Shown: positions 43,051-55,625 of the stretch, one piece after another
Layout: every line of letters begins with the position of its first letter
How positions within the stretch are numbered: position 1 is the first letter of the stretch
Assembly: GCA_951406725.2 (NCBI GenBank)
Contig: OX597831.1
Span: 29,884,001-29,948,000, forward strand
Direction: 5' to 3'
DNA: 64,000 bases
DNA from: Octopus vulgaris
Lineage: Eukaryota
The notes under the pieces: generated by a model
What the model was told of the DNA's origin: nothing
Databases searched by the model: none
What the model saw: the letters and a program-made list of their open reading frames with translations, nothing else
Position numbers and translations under genes: made by a program

Positions 43051-43711
43051 TATATATATATATATATATATATACTTCCGGTTTCGTAGAAGAAAGACGT
43101 GTTTTTTTTTCGCTCTGTGAAAAAAACAAAAAAAGTTTGCATAAATCGACGAAATAATCTACTAAAACTAACAAAAACGTAGAACTTGTTATCTCATAAC
43201 GGTGTACTAAAATATATTAATTAAAAACCCTAATATATTTCGCTTCTAGCCAAATATAATACATTAAAGTCAGTTACGCATGCGAGATTTTTCGTCGAAA
43301 AAGCACGTCGTGGCAAGTCGTACGTTTATTTCCAGCCGAACGTAAGAAGCAAAAAGAACTGTTTTCTTTTCTTTTTTGAAAGAAAACTTCGTACAAGAAC
43401 AAGGATTTGGAATTTTATCTCTTGCGAATAAGTATCCTTTTCATTTGTTTATTTTCTTGTAATTTAAGTTAACATCTGAGTTACGACTTCATCTTTGGTT
43501 ACATTCTGAAAATAATTTTCTTTCAATTTCTGTTACAGCGTCCACTTCGCTTTTAATCTATGTTTCACTTTATCTCTTTAAAATTATTTAGAAATATAAT
43601 CGTAATCAGTTTAGAAGAGAACTTTCGTAGTTACAGATAGGTATATATTTATTTGTTACTTTATTTTCCCTATCCAAGTAGAATCTTTTGCATAACTTCC
43701 TCTCTTTCATT

Positions 43712-43770
<59 letters not shown>

Positions 43771-43989
43771 TCTCTCCATCATGCCTCTTTCTCTGTCTCT
43801 TCACTTCTCTGTCACACCATCTTTCTTCTCTCAGCCTCTCAATCTTCCTAAATATATAGACGCGAACATTCTCCTCTCACTCTCTCTCACTTTCTTCTTA
43901 TCTTCTCTCAGCCGCTCAATCTCTCTAAATATATAGACACTTCCTTTCTCTATTTCTTCACTACCCTCCATCACACTGTTAAAAATTTT

Positions 43990-46900
43990 AAATATAATTA
44001 GATAGATAAATAAATAAAATATCCAGAAAATGTCCAGAACCTGGAGGAGCATGGAATTCGGATTATTTTTGAGAGTCTGGTACTGTGCAGAATGAGATAA
44101 CCCAAACAACATAATCACAGCTCCACTGAAGAGCAATGGTTACACCAGAACGTTAGCATAGATAGAACGAAAAAAGCAGGAGTTTATACGCTCCTATGCT
44201 CTCATAAGATCCCATATCAGCACTCTTGATGCCATCTTTGATAATGAACAAAGCAAAGATGACAAGGATGGAAGCACGGATACAGATGAAAGATGTTACC
44301 CCCACTTGGTAGACACTGAAGAAAACAAAGAAGAAGATTCAAGTGAGAAACCTGCTTGGAAAGTAAACCCAAATACAAGTGCCCCTACCAGCATCAAGAC
44401 GCAAAACCATGGAGATGAAAGAGCCAAGAAAGAAGTAAAAGAAGGAAAAACTAAAAGAAAAACAAAAGATGAAACAGCCAAAGAAAGAAGCAACCTGACT
44501 ATCCACATAACAAAAAGGATAAAAAGAGACAGCACACACGAATGTGCAAATTCTACCTGAAGGTGTCTGCTGGGATAGAGAGGAAGGTGCAGGCTGCCGT
44601 TTTGCACACGAAAGACTCCGCCACATAAACATGAAACAGGGCGGAAACCACCTGCCAAAAGGAAAAGGAAATGACTACGCACCACCTGCCTCAAAACGGA
44701 TGTACGCAAATGTAGTGCATGCTACAAACCAAACCCATCAACATGTTATTGAAAGGGCAGCTGCCGAACAAGAATCTTTTTTGTGCATGGCACAAAAGAT
44801 TGTACAGCAGCTGACCTGGCCCCATCAATCTCACAGGTGGGACTATCCACAATACACAAGACCACCACAGCAAATGGACCCAAGGTGGACAACACTGGCA
44901 ACAACACACACATCACATCGGTACTCTTACTGAACATCAGAGGACTGCTAACACTCAGTAACAGGACAAAAATCCCTTTATTGAGAGACCTTGTTGTATG
45001 CAATCAAGCCTTATGCATAGCACTTACGGAAACACACCTGAAACCAGATATAGCAAATACAGACATACGCATACCACAGTATGTTGTATTACGGATCGAC
45101 AGAAAAGAAAGGAGTCATGGAGGAGTTGCTATGTACATCCGCGAAGACCTCACACCCCTGGTCCTTTTGTCACACTCAAATTCAGTATGTGACACACTAA
45201 TTGTACATATAAGGCAACTTGGTGTAGTTATATGTGCTACATATCACCCTCCAGATGCTCCAAGTCATGTAGGCAAGTTCGAAGACTGCCTTACAAAAAT
45301 AGAAGAAATTCTAGTCACATTATAACAACACATAAGTGTACTTCTTATGGGAGACTTCAATCTGCCCAATTTCAGATGGCCCGAGGGCCTTTCTCTCCCA
45401 GAAATGACATGATGCGAACAAGGACAGGTGAGGTCCCTCCTGAACCTCATCAACACTTTGTACATGGAGCAAATAGTACTCCAACCAACCAGGGCAGGTA
45501 ACATACTGGATCTCTGCTTCACAAATAATATGGATCTCATCCATAATGTGAAAGTGACACCGACGCTACTCTCGGATCTCAACATGGTAGAGCTGACCGT
45601 GTACGGACCAAAGGAAAGCATGGACATGCAGCCTACAAGAAACTCTCAGAATCTTTCCAGCTTGAACTTCCGTAAGCAAACTGGAAACAAATTGAGAAAG
45701 AGATCCTCAAACAAAACTGGCCTAAATGTCTCTCCTCACCATGAAACTTCAACAATTCATGTCTGTAATACAAGCCATATGCTACAGATGTGTCCCAGAG
45801 AGAAAGGCCACTGTACACAAGAACAAAATCCCCAGGGAGAGGAAAATTCTTATGAGATGCCTAAACAAATTGAAAGCAGTGAAAAGTCCCGCCTGAAAAT
45901 AAAACTGCTGGAAATTGAAAAAAGTCTGCAACTCTCCCATGAAAAAGAAAGAGCAGACAAAGAAGCCTGGGCTATAGACAATCTATAGATAATCTAACCC
46001 CAGAGCTTTCAACAAGTTTGCCAAAGAAACAGCTTCGGTGCACTGCAGGATAGGGCCACTCCTTGAAAAAGATGGTACACTCACAGGAAATCCAATGAGG
46101 ATAAGTGAAATACTAAATGAGCAATTCAAAAGTATTTTCACTCCACCCCTAGGGCACTTTCAAGTCAGTAATCCAACTGACTTCTTTACCACTGCAGATA
46201 CAAAAACAGAGGCAATGATAATTGATTACATCAATATAAAGGAAGACGATGTAATAAGGGCTATAGATGAAATTAACCCAAACTAAAAGCATGTAAGCAA
46301 GTACTAGCAAGACCACTGCAGTTCCTCTTTCAGAGCTTCCTTGCAACTGGCAAACTTCCAAGAAAACTGAAGGAGGGTAAAATATGCCCTATTCATAAAG
46401 GAAGTAGCAGAGCGGAGGCCAAGAACTACAAACCTATCTCTCTGACCTCACACATCAGCAAGGTCATGGAACGAATAGTCAGAAGGAAACTAATCGCCTT
46501 CCTTGAAGAAAATGACTTGCTGCCTGACACCCAACATGGTTTCTCACCAGGAAGAATCTGCCTAATTCAGCTCTTACAACACTATGACTGGGTGCTGAAG
46601 TAACTGCTCAACTACTCAAATGTGGAAGTGAGAAATCTCGACTTTGCAAAGGCCTTTGATAAAGTTGATCATGGAATGATATGTCACAAACTACGTGATC
46701 TTGGCATAGTTGGAAAATTCGGAGAATGGCTTTATGACTTTCTGAAGGATAGAAGTCAGGTGGTAGTAGCCAGTGACACGCAAATAGTGAGCAGTGTTCC
46801 GCAAAGCACTGTTCTGGGACCACTGCTGTTCATAATGGCCTTCTCAGACATGCCCTCAGCCACACAGAGAGCCACGATCACAAGTTATGCAGATGATACA

Positions 46901-47848
46901 AAAGTTTCGCAGGTAATACTGAACCCTGAAGACACTATGCACCTGCAATGTGAGCTGGACGAAATATACCAGTGGGCTGAAAAGAATAGCATGCAGTTCA
47001 ATGCAGAAAAGTTTCAAGCTTTGTGCTATCAGCATGCAAAACTAAATGCAATACCCAATGAATACACTGGACCTGGAGGGATTGCAATCCCAGAGGCAAA
47101 ATCAGTGCGAGACCTGGGTATTTACATGAGTAATGATGCAACCTTTCATGTGCATGTTGCTAAATTGGCAATGAAATGTAGGCGGCTGACCGAATGGATT
47201 CTTAGAGCTTTTAGAACAAAAGACCAGGAAACCATGATGGTCCTCTGGAGGACACTTGTCCTGAGCCACCTTGACTATTGCTCTCAGCTATGGTTACCAA
47301 TCAGTGTCAAATTAATCTCAGAACTTGAGGCAGTCCAACGAAGCTACACGAAGAAGATAGCCTCTATGCAGCATATAAGCTATTGGGAAAGACTCAATAG
47401 ATTGAGACTATATTCCTTAGAGCGTAGGCGAGAAAGATATGCCATAATATACATCTGGAAGATCCTGGAAGGACTTATCCCAAACTTTGGCATCGAGAGT
47501 TACACAAATACTAGAACTGGGTGATGTAGGACAAGATACTGCAATAGTCTGGGCTTCAGAGGTGCACAGCTCATCAATATCCTCCCGAAGGACCTGAAAG
47601 ATCTGCATGGGGTGGATGCAGATGTCTTCAAAATAAAGCTGGACCTCTTCCTGTCAGGTGTCCCAGATGAACCAACTTCACGGCAGGAGGTGCAGATGAG
47701 GGCATCTGCATCAAACTCTCTCGTGCACCAAATGTCAATTGCTAAAAAGCATTCGTGAAGTAAAATCATGTAGCAACACCAAATGGCGGTGCCCCAGCAT
47801 GGCCACAGCTCGTGAGCTGAAACTAGATGAAATGAAATGAAATGAAAT
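43990..47848 (+). mobile_element. Near-full-length, inactivated CR1/L2-group LINE in PLPP intron 2
   Basis: ORF1 remnant with frameshifted CCCH-like finger (C.FYL..VC...GCRFAH, about 44545-44610). APE motifs LLNIRGL, ALTETHL, GGVAMYI, MGDFN, LDLCFT. RT motifs DFAKAFDKVDH, GPLLF, YADDT. Multiple stops and frameshifts; (TGAAA)n tail. The 5' boundary is uncertain. Confidence 0.92.
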
Positions 47849-47875
47849 AATATAAATAGTATATATGTATGTGTG

Positions 47876-47953
<78 letters not shown>

Positions 47954-48243
47954 TAAGAGTAAAATTTGATATTATTTAAAACCAGTGGCTAAGCAAATCT
48001 AAAAAATCCGAAGATTAAAAATTGTGTTACATACAAAATTAAGAATAACCACTAAAGTGGACACTTAATATGTTAAACATAGACATCAAATTTGACATCT
48101 ATGTTTAGCATATTAAGTGTCCACTTTAGTGGACATTCCTCTTAATTTGTATATATATATATATATATATGCTTATATGGATACAGGACGTCGCCAACAG
48201 TAAACAACATGAAATACGAAAACAAATGAGTTAAATACGCAAA

Positions 48244-48410
48244 CAGGCGCAGGAGTGGCTGTGTGCGCTAAGTAGCTTGCTTACGAACCACATGGTTCCG
48301 GGTTCAGTCCCACTGCGTGGCAACGTGTGAAAGTGTCTTCTACTATAGCCTCGGGCCGACCAAAGCCTTCTGAATGGATTTGGTAGACGGAAACTGGAAG
48401 AAGCCCGTCG

Positions 48411-48456
<46 letters not shown>

Positions 48457-48695
48457 TGTATGTATGTATGTATGTGTTTGTGTGTCTACGCCCCCCCCCC
48501 CCTCAACATCGCTTGACAACCGATGCTGGTGTGTTTACGTCCCCGTAACTTAGCGGTTCGGCAAAAGAGACCGATATAGAATAAGTACTAGGCTTACAAA
48601 GAATAAGTACTGGGGTCGATTTCTCCGACTAAAGGCGGTGCTCCAGCATGGCCACAGTCAAATGACTGAAAGGAGTAAAAGAGTAAAAAGAGTAA
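48244..48695 (+). mobile_element. SINE family 1, full length
   Basis: Match to family 1. Confidence 0.9.
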
Positions 48696-48923
48696 ATTAT
48701 AAAAACAATTTTAAAAATATACTGTACTGTTTTTACTTCGCGGGTTTTCACTTATCGCGAGGGGGGCTTTGGAACGTAACACCCGCGATAATCGAGGATT
48801 TAATGTACAACCTGTTTGTTGTTCCTTCAACTGTCTCTGTCTTTGGTTTTGTTTTGTGGCGTTTTTTTTTTTTTTTGCTTTTTTGCGTATCACTTAAAAC
48901 ATATACCTATGTTCCATTCGCAG

Positions 48924-49222
48924 ATGATCATCGGAGAATGCGTGACGCAGAAAACGAATAGGCACTATTATTGCTTGATGGGCAAGCAGAAGAAGAAAGT
49001 ACCAGCTCTGATCGGAAGACTCTACAGCAAGATCGGAATATATATGTTTGGCGCGATGAGCACCTATCTATTGACCGATGTAGCAAAGTACTCAGTGGGA
49101 AGGCTACGGCCCCATTTTATGGATGTATGCCGACCCGACAAATCAACGTATAACTGTTCACAGGGTTATGTGACGTCATTCATATGTACGAATTCCGACA
49201 CATTCTTAATTAAACAAAGCAG
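48924..49222 (+). CDS. PLPP: PLPP coding exon 3 (C1 motif)
   Basis: Acceptor ttcgcag| and donor AG|gtaagg; 299 nt, phase 0 to 2. Encodes MIIGECV...LTDVAKYSVGRLRPHFMDVCRPD..YNCSQGYV, with the KxxxxxxRP motif and an N-C-S glycosylation sequon. Confidence 0.96.
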
Positions 49223-49307
49223 GTAAGGAAACATTTTTACTGGTCTTTGGATTATTTAAAAAAAATTTTTTATTTATTTATTTTGCTTATTACTTCCGCC
49301 GTACGGA

Positions 49308-50155
49308 GGAAACGTTAGCACACCGGGCGAAATGCGCAGCCGTATTTCGTCTGCCGTTACGTTCTGAGTTCAAATACCGCCGAGGTCGACTTTGCCTTTC
49401 ATCCTTTCGGGGTCGATAAATTAAGTACCTATTTCTTTACTACCCACAAGGGGCTAAACACAGAGGTGACAAACAAGGACAGACAAACGGATTAAGTCGA
49501 TTACATCAACCCCAGTGCGCGTAACTGGTACTTATTTAATCGACCCCGAAAGGATGAAAGGCAAAGTCGACCTCGGCGGAATTTGAACTCAGAACGTAAC
49601 GGCAGACGAAATACGGCTGCGCATTTCGCCCGGCGTGCTAACGTTTCTGCCAGATCGCCGCCTTATTATCGGCAGGGTTATGTGACGATAAATTAAGTAC
49701 CAGTTACGCACTGGGGTCGATATAATCCGTTGGTCTGTCCTTGTTTGTCCTCTCTGTGTTTAGCCCCTTGTGGGTAGTAAAGAAATAGGTATTTCGTCTG
49801 CCGTTACGTTCTGAGTTCAAATTCCGCCGAGGTCGACTTTGCCTTTCATCCTTTTGGGGTCGATAAATTAAGTACCAGTTACACACTGGGGTCGATACAA
49901 TCGACTTAATCCGTTTGTCTGTCCTTGTTTGTCCTCTCTGTGTTTAGCCCCTTGTGGGTAGTAAAGAAATAGGTATTTTGTTTGCCGTTACGTTCTGAGT
50001 TCAAATTCCGCCGAGGTCGACTTTGCCTTTCATCCTTTTGGGGTCGATAAATTAAGTACCAGTTACACACTGGGGTCGATACAATCGACTTAATCCGTTT
50101 GTCTGTCCTTGTTTGTCCTCTCTGTGTTCAGCCCCTTGTAAAGAAATAGGTATTG
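49308..50155. mobile_element. Young SINE family 3 cluster (inverted and tandem copies) in PLPP intron 3
   Basis: A + partial copy, a - full copy at about 49430-49665, then + tandem units with junctions at 49786, 49970 and 50147. Confidence 0.9.
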
Positions 50156-50213
50156 TTTCAGTGATGTTTGTTTTTTTTTTGTCCCTTTTCACCCCTTTTG
50201 TTTTCTTTTCCAG

Positions 50214-50271
50214 ATTATCTTTCGTATCTGGCCACTCGTCGTTTGCCACGTTCTCCATGCTGTTCCTGGCG
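50214..50271 (+). CDS. PLPP: PLPP coding exon 4 (C2 motif)
   Basis: Long pyrimidine tract ending cag|, donor |gtaaat; 58 nt, phase 2 to 0. Encodes (R)LSFVSGHSSFATFSMLFLA, the xSGH motif. Confidence 0.95.
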
Positions 50272-50293
50272 GTAAATATTCAACACCACCACA

Positions 50294-50342
<49 letters not shown>

Positions 50343-50369
50343 TTACTACTACTACTACTACTACTACTA

Positions 50370-50413
<44 letters not shown>

Positions 50414-50965
50414 TCGCTACTACTACTTCTACTACTACTACCACCACCACCACCACCACTACTACTATCACTATTACTACTACTCCTATTACTATCACTA
50501 CTACTACTGCTACTATCACTACTACTACTACTAATACTACTACTACTACTACCACTACTGCTGCTGCTGCTTCTACTACTACTATTCCTCTGTGTATGCA
50601 TGTGTGTGCGTGTCTGTGTGTACATAGGTGTGTGTAGGTTTGTGCATATGTAGCAACGTAAGTTGGTGTATGTATGTATGTATGTATGTATGTATGCAAG
50701 TATATGTGTTTGTATATATGTATATGTGTGTGTGTATACGTCTGTGTGTGTGTGTTTGCGTGCATGCGTGTGTGTGTGTGCGAGCATGTAGATATCACTG
50801 TGTATGTAGATGTGTGTGCTTGCATGTATATATAAGTAGATATTTCTACGAATATAAGTGTATGTATGTATGTATGTATGTATGTATGTATGTATGTATG
50901 TATGTATGTATGTGTGTGTGTGTGTGGTATATTTATACTCATATCTACATGCATGTATCTTTCAG

Positions 50966-51142
50966 ATTTATGTCCACGTGACGTTACCTTCTAAGCTGGG
51001 GTCAATGCCAAAAGCCCTTCTGGAACTCATCGCCATATCCCTGGGTATTTACACCTGCTTCACCCGAATATCTGACTATAAGCACCATTGGAGTGATGTA
51101 TTGGCTGGGGGCTCCCTCGGCATCATCGTCTGTTTAATTGTG
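50966..51142 (+). CDS. PLPP: PLPP coding exon 5 (C3 motif)
   Basis: Acceptor tctttcag| and donor G|gtaagt; 177 nt, phase 0 to 0. Encodes IYVHV...CFTRISDYKHHWSDVLAGGSLGIIVCLIV, the (S/T)RxxxxxHxxxD motif. Confidence 0.96.
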
Positions 51143-51373
51143 GTAAGTTACACTTCTTCGTTGATATTACAGAATTTAAGGCAACCTGGTCCCATGTTTG
51201 AGCTGTAGCACTCACAATTGCGAGACCATGAGTTCAATTCCCCGGACGAATGGTGTATTGTGTTCTTAAGCAAAACACTTCATTTTGTGTTGCTCTGCAA
51301 TGACTTCGCTATCTGATAAGTTGCACACAACGCACCTGTACAGGTAATGTTGATTTGATGGAGAGACGGAGCT

Positions 51374-51425
<52 letters not shown>

Positions 51426-51818
51426 TTCATCATGTAACATCAGTTACATGCTGGCATGCGTTGGACGGTTTGACAGACACTGACCAACTGACGATGCTAG
51501 GTGTGCCACAGTGTAACTTGAATATAGTTTTTTCCCTATATTTTTAGTTATATTTCTAGTTCAGGTGTGTTGCTGAATTTTAAAAAGAATATAAATGTAC
51601 CACAACTGGTATGTCGCGGCACACTGATGTGCCAAGAGACGATGCTAGGTGTTCCACCGTGTAACCTGAATATAAGTTTTTTCCCTATATTTTTAGTTCA
51701 GGTGTGCCACCGAATTTTGAAAAGAATATAAGTGTACCACAAGTGAAAAAAAAGGTAGCGGAGCATTGATCTACATTGTCAAAAATAGTCTTACTCTGCA
51801 TTTTTGTTTTCCCAACAG

Positions 51819-51965
51819 ATCTATAAATTATCGGACTTCTTCACACCAGAAAATCGAGAGAACTATGAACTCACTACTTACAAAATCCCGGATGCACGAA
51901 GTATATCACAAGCTTCATCAAGTTCAGGCTGTGAGACAGCTGTTACTCTTGACAACCATCGCTAG
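51819..51965 (+). CDS. PLPP: PLPP terminal coding exon
   Basis: Acceptor ttttgttttcccaacag|, phase 0. Encodes IYKLSDFFTPENRENYELTTYKIPDARSISQASSSSGCETAVTLDNHR then TAG. SDFF matches the conserved post-TM6 motif of LPPs. This frame is not in the ORF track. Confidence 0.88.
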   Translation: MYKLSDFFTPENRENYELTTYKIPDARSISQASSSSGCETAVTLDNHR

Positions 51966-52224
51966 TTTCACTTCGATCATGAAACAATTGCACTAGAAGT
52001 ATTCCAACATGTCTTGCAGAAAAAAGACTTTAAAAAAAAATACAAGACAGAAAAAAGACGAAATTTAATTGCTAAATATTTTTTTTTACATTGCAAAAAT
52101 ATTTTTATTTTCTTATTTTTCTTTTGAGAACATTTTATAAAAAAAAAAGACTTCTCAACGAATTTACTGTTATACAAATATTTTAATATCATTATTATTA
52201 ATTATTACAGTTATAATTATTCTA

Positions 52225-52894
52225 CTGAAGGTGGTGAGCTAACAGAACCGTTAGCTCATCAGAAGGATGCTTTGTGACATTTCTTCTGGGATGACATTCT
52301 GAGTTCAAATACCACCAAGGTCAACTTTACCTTTGATCCTTTCAGGATCGATAAAAGAAAGTACAAATCAAGAACTGGAGGTCAATATAATCGACCTGCC
52401 CCATCCCTCCCTGAAAATTGCTGGCCTTGTGCCAAAACTTAAACCATTATTATTATTACTGTTAATTGTTACTGCATCAGACAAAATGCTTAGCAGCATC
52501 TTTTCTGACTCGCTAGGTTCTGAGTTCAATTTCTGCAGAGGTCAGCTTTGCCTTTTGTCCTTTTGGAGTCAAAAAAATAGGTACCAGTCAAGTATTGGGA
52601 CCGATGTAATCAACTTGTCCCCTCTGCTCGAAATTTCTGGGCTCGTACCACATTTAGAAAGAATCATTATTGTTCCTTTCTGCTATAAGCACAAGGCCTG
52701 AAAATTTCGGGGAAGGGGTCTAGTTGCTTACATTGACCCCCAGTACTCAACTGGTACTTATTTTATTGACCCTTAAATGATAAAATGCAAAGTCGACCTC
52801 AGTGGAATTTGAACTCAGAACATAAAGAGAAATAAAATGTCACTAAGCATTTTGCCCAGCATGCCAAAAATTCTGCCAGCCCACCACCTTAAGA

Positions 52895-52926
<32 letters not shown>

Positions 52927-53146
52927 GATTATTATTATTATTATTATTGTTAACCATTAGCGCCAGACAAAATGCTCGGCAGCATTTTGTCAAGCTCTTT
53001 ACGTTCTGGGTTTGAATTCTGCCATGGTCAACTTTCCCTTCCATCCTTTCGGGGTTGATAAAATAAATACCAGTTATGCACCGGGGTCGATGTAATCGAC
53101 TTAACCCCTTCTCCAAAATTGCTGCCCTTGTGGCAAAATTTAAAAC

Positions 53147-53218
<72 letters not shown>

Positions 53219-53321
53219 GTTCATAGGAAATAGACATGGTTGATAATTTCAAAATAAAAATTACCATTTTGATATTATCTACCCTGTCCATTCCCTGAAT
53301 TATTATTGTTATTACAATTAC

Positions 53322-53382
<61 letters not shown>

Positions 53383-54120
53383 ATCATTATTATTGTTGTT
53401 GTTTTAATTATTTTAATTACTATCTTTGTTTTGTTGTTATCATTGTTTATTATTTGATGAAAACTCACAGCTTATGATGAAAAGTGTCAGCTGTCCACAG
53501 CCAGCACATTAAGGTGACACTTGTCTACTGGTCATGCTTCAAGAACACTGTAGAGGAGGACTCTTACAGTTCCAAGCAATGCTGATTTTTGTAGGTGTTC
53601 TCTCTTTACATTTGTACCAATCTTTTTTTTTGAGCCATGTTGGTAGTTAAGTGCTGATACTTCCAAGCGTGCCAATTGCTATCATTATTATTTTCATCAT
53701 CATCATTATTATTATTATTATTACTATTATTATTATTATTATTGTTGTTGTTGTTATTATTGTTAAGGCAACACACTGGCAGAATCATTGGCATGTCAAA
53801 GAAAAATGGTCAGCAACATTTCCTCTGGCTTTACATTCTTGAGTTCAAATTCTACTGAGATTGACTTTGCCTTTCATCTTTTGGGTATCGATAAAATAAG
53901 CACCAATTGATCACTGGGACCGATGTAAATGTCTTCCCTAAATTTTCAGGCCTCGTGCCTTACGTTCTAAGTTCGAATGCCACCAAGGTCAACTTTGCCT
54001 TTTCATCTTTTCAGGGTTCATAGAATAAGTATCAGTCAAGCACTGGGATCGATGTAATTGACTGACCCCACACCCTACAAAATTTCAAACCTTGTGTTTG
54101 TGGTAGAAAGGATTATTGTT
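52225..54120. mobile_element. Cluster of diverged SINE family 3 copies joined by (ATT)n
   Basis: About six degenerate copies; one is inverted (about 52670-52892). Confidence 0.8.
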
Positions 54121-55059
54121 ATTATGAGTATGAATTCAAATCCTGCTGGGACTAACTACTGAGGTCAAAAAAATGAAGTTCTCGTCACATACACTCTGAT
54201 ACCTGTTATAGAAGAGTTGCATTCCTGAAAATCTTGCCCTGATGTGAAATTCCATCAACCTGTCATCCAGCTTCCTTGTACATCCATGAAACATGGACGT
54301 CTTTGAGAAAATAAGGTTTGTGTGAGGGAACTCTTGTGCTACATGAATATTTTCAAGATGGCAAGTCTTCCATAATGTCAGGTGGTTCATGTGTTTGGGT
54401 AGATAGATGCATATATGCATATGCATATAAGTGCACATATATACATATATATATATAAAAAAATACAATGAATATGTCCATTACCTTCCTACTCATTTTT
54501 ACGTCTCTTAATACTATTCTCTTACCTAGCCTTTTGGCATCCTTCTGCAAACCCAAAATTGCTTATCCATAACATGTACGACTGGGGTGTATAAGGGCAT
54601 TAAACAAATATCATATTGCATTATTGCTGCTAATACTGAAAAAGTGTGCCAAGAGGTTTGCACAACAGCACCAGTCAGCTTATGCAGCAACATCTGGCTT
54701 AATGAAACACGTATATGTCATATAAGCCTTAAAAATACAGATGACATTTTTCTGCATTTCTTATTACTACAGACATATATACATACACATATATATATAT
54801 ATGCAAATATATATGTGTGTATGTATAAACACACACACACAAGGAAGAGGGGTTGATAGCGACTGCAAATATTTGGCTTGCTTGCCTTGAAACTGAAACT
54901 TTGAAGCAACAGTCAACCTTTGTCTTAAATATACTCTTGGGAAAAGATATATGTACTCTTCTAAAAAGCATTTAATAATCCTTCAGTTTAATCTGAAACT
55001 CTTTATAAATATATATATATGTGCGTGACAATTATTCGGTAGCCATAATAAAACTCTGA

Positions 55060-55440
55060 GTTTCAGATGCTGAGGTGGAAATCCACACCACCATCTCTTC
55101 AGTTATCTGGCCATCAGAAAAAATGCTATGAAAAATGACCGTTATACAAAGGGAAATTACTGTGTGACTGACCGTTATTAAGACAAAAGAGCTATTTGAA
55201 TGACCACTAAGTGAGGGGAGGGAGCAAAAGTAAGGGGGTAAAAAGGTTCATAGTATTCGTGTAAGTGCGCATGTTCATACCTACTCACTTAGCGGTCATT
55301 CTTATAGCTCTTTTGTCTTAATAATGGTCACTCACACAGTAATTTCCCTTTGTATAACAGTAATTTTTCATAGCATTTTTTCCAATGGCTGGATAACTGG
55401 AGAGATGGCAGCGTGGATTTCCACCTTGGCATCCAAACTC
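55060..55440. mobile_element. Fold-back/MITE-like element with about 150-bp inverted arms
   Basis: About 55066-55216 is the imperfect reverse complement of about 55283-55433. Confidence 0.8.
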
Positions 55441-55625
55441 CCAACTGACACAAATGCACAGGCAGGCAGCTGAAGACCTGGGCAACGACGATAAAGGAGG
55501 ACCTCTCTGAACTCGCAGGTCCGCAGGTGGACAGTCTGCGCAGATGGAACCGTGAATGGCTCACTATCTCCAGTGACCTCGCACAGGACAGTCGAGCGTG
55601 GGACGCCATGGTTCATGGCTACCAA
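55440..55625 (+). mobile_element. RTE-clade LINE ORF C-terminus fragment
   Basis: The + frame reads GRQLKTWATTIKEDLSELAGPQVDSLRRWNREWLTISSDLAQDSRAWDAMV, matching the RTE terminal KTW...DL...AQDRxxW pattern. Confidence 0.75.

Noticed and set aside
50272-50637. Poly-Tyr/poly-Thr extension after SGH
   Set aside because: Intronic (CTA)n microsatellite beyond the GT donor.
51490-51745. About 150-bp tandem duplication in the last PLPP intron
   Set aside because: Looks like a decayed DNA-transposon subterminal repeat; no sign of function.
51766-51996. ORF-track 76-aa ORF as the PLPP last exon
   Set aside because: Wrong frame; the phase-0 splice from exon 5 gives IYKLSDFF...NHR with stop at 51965.
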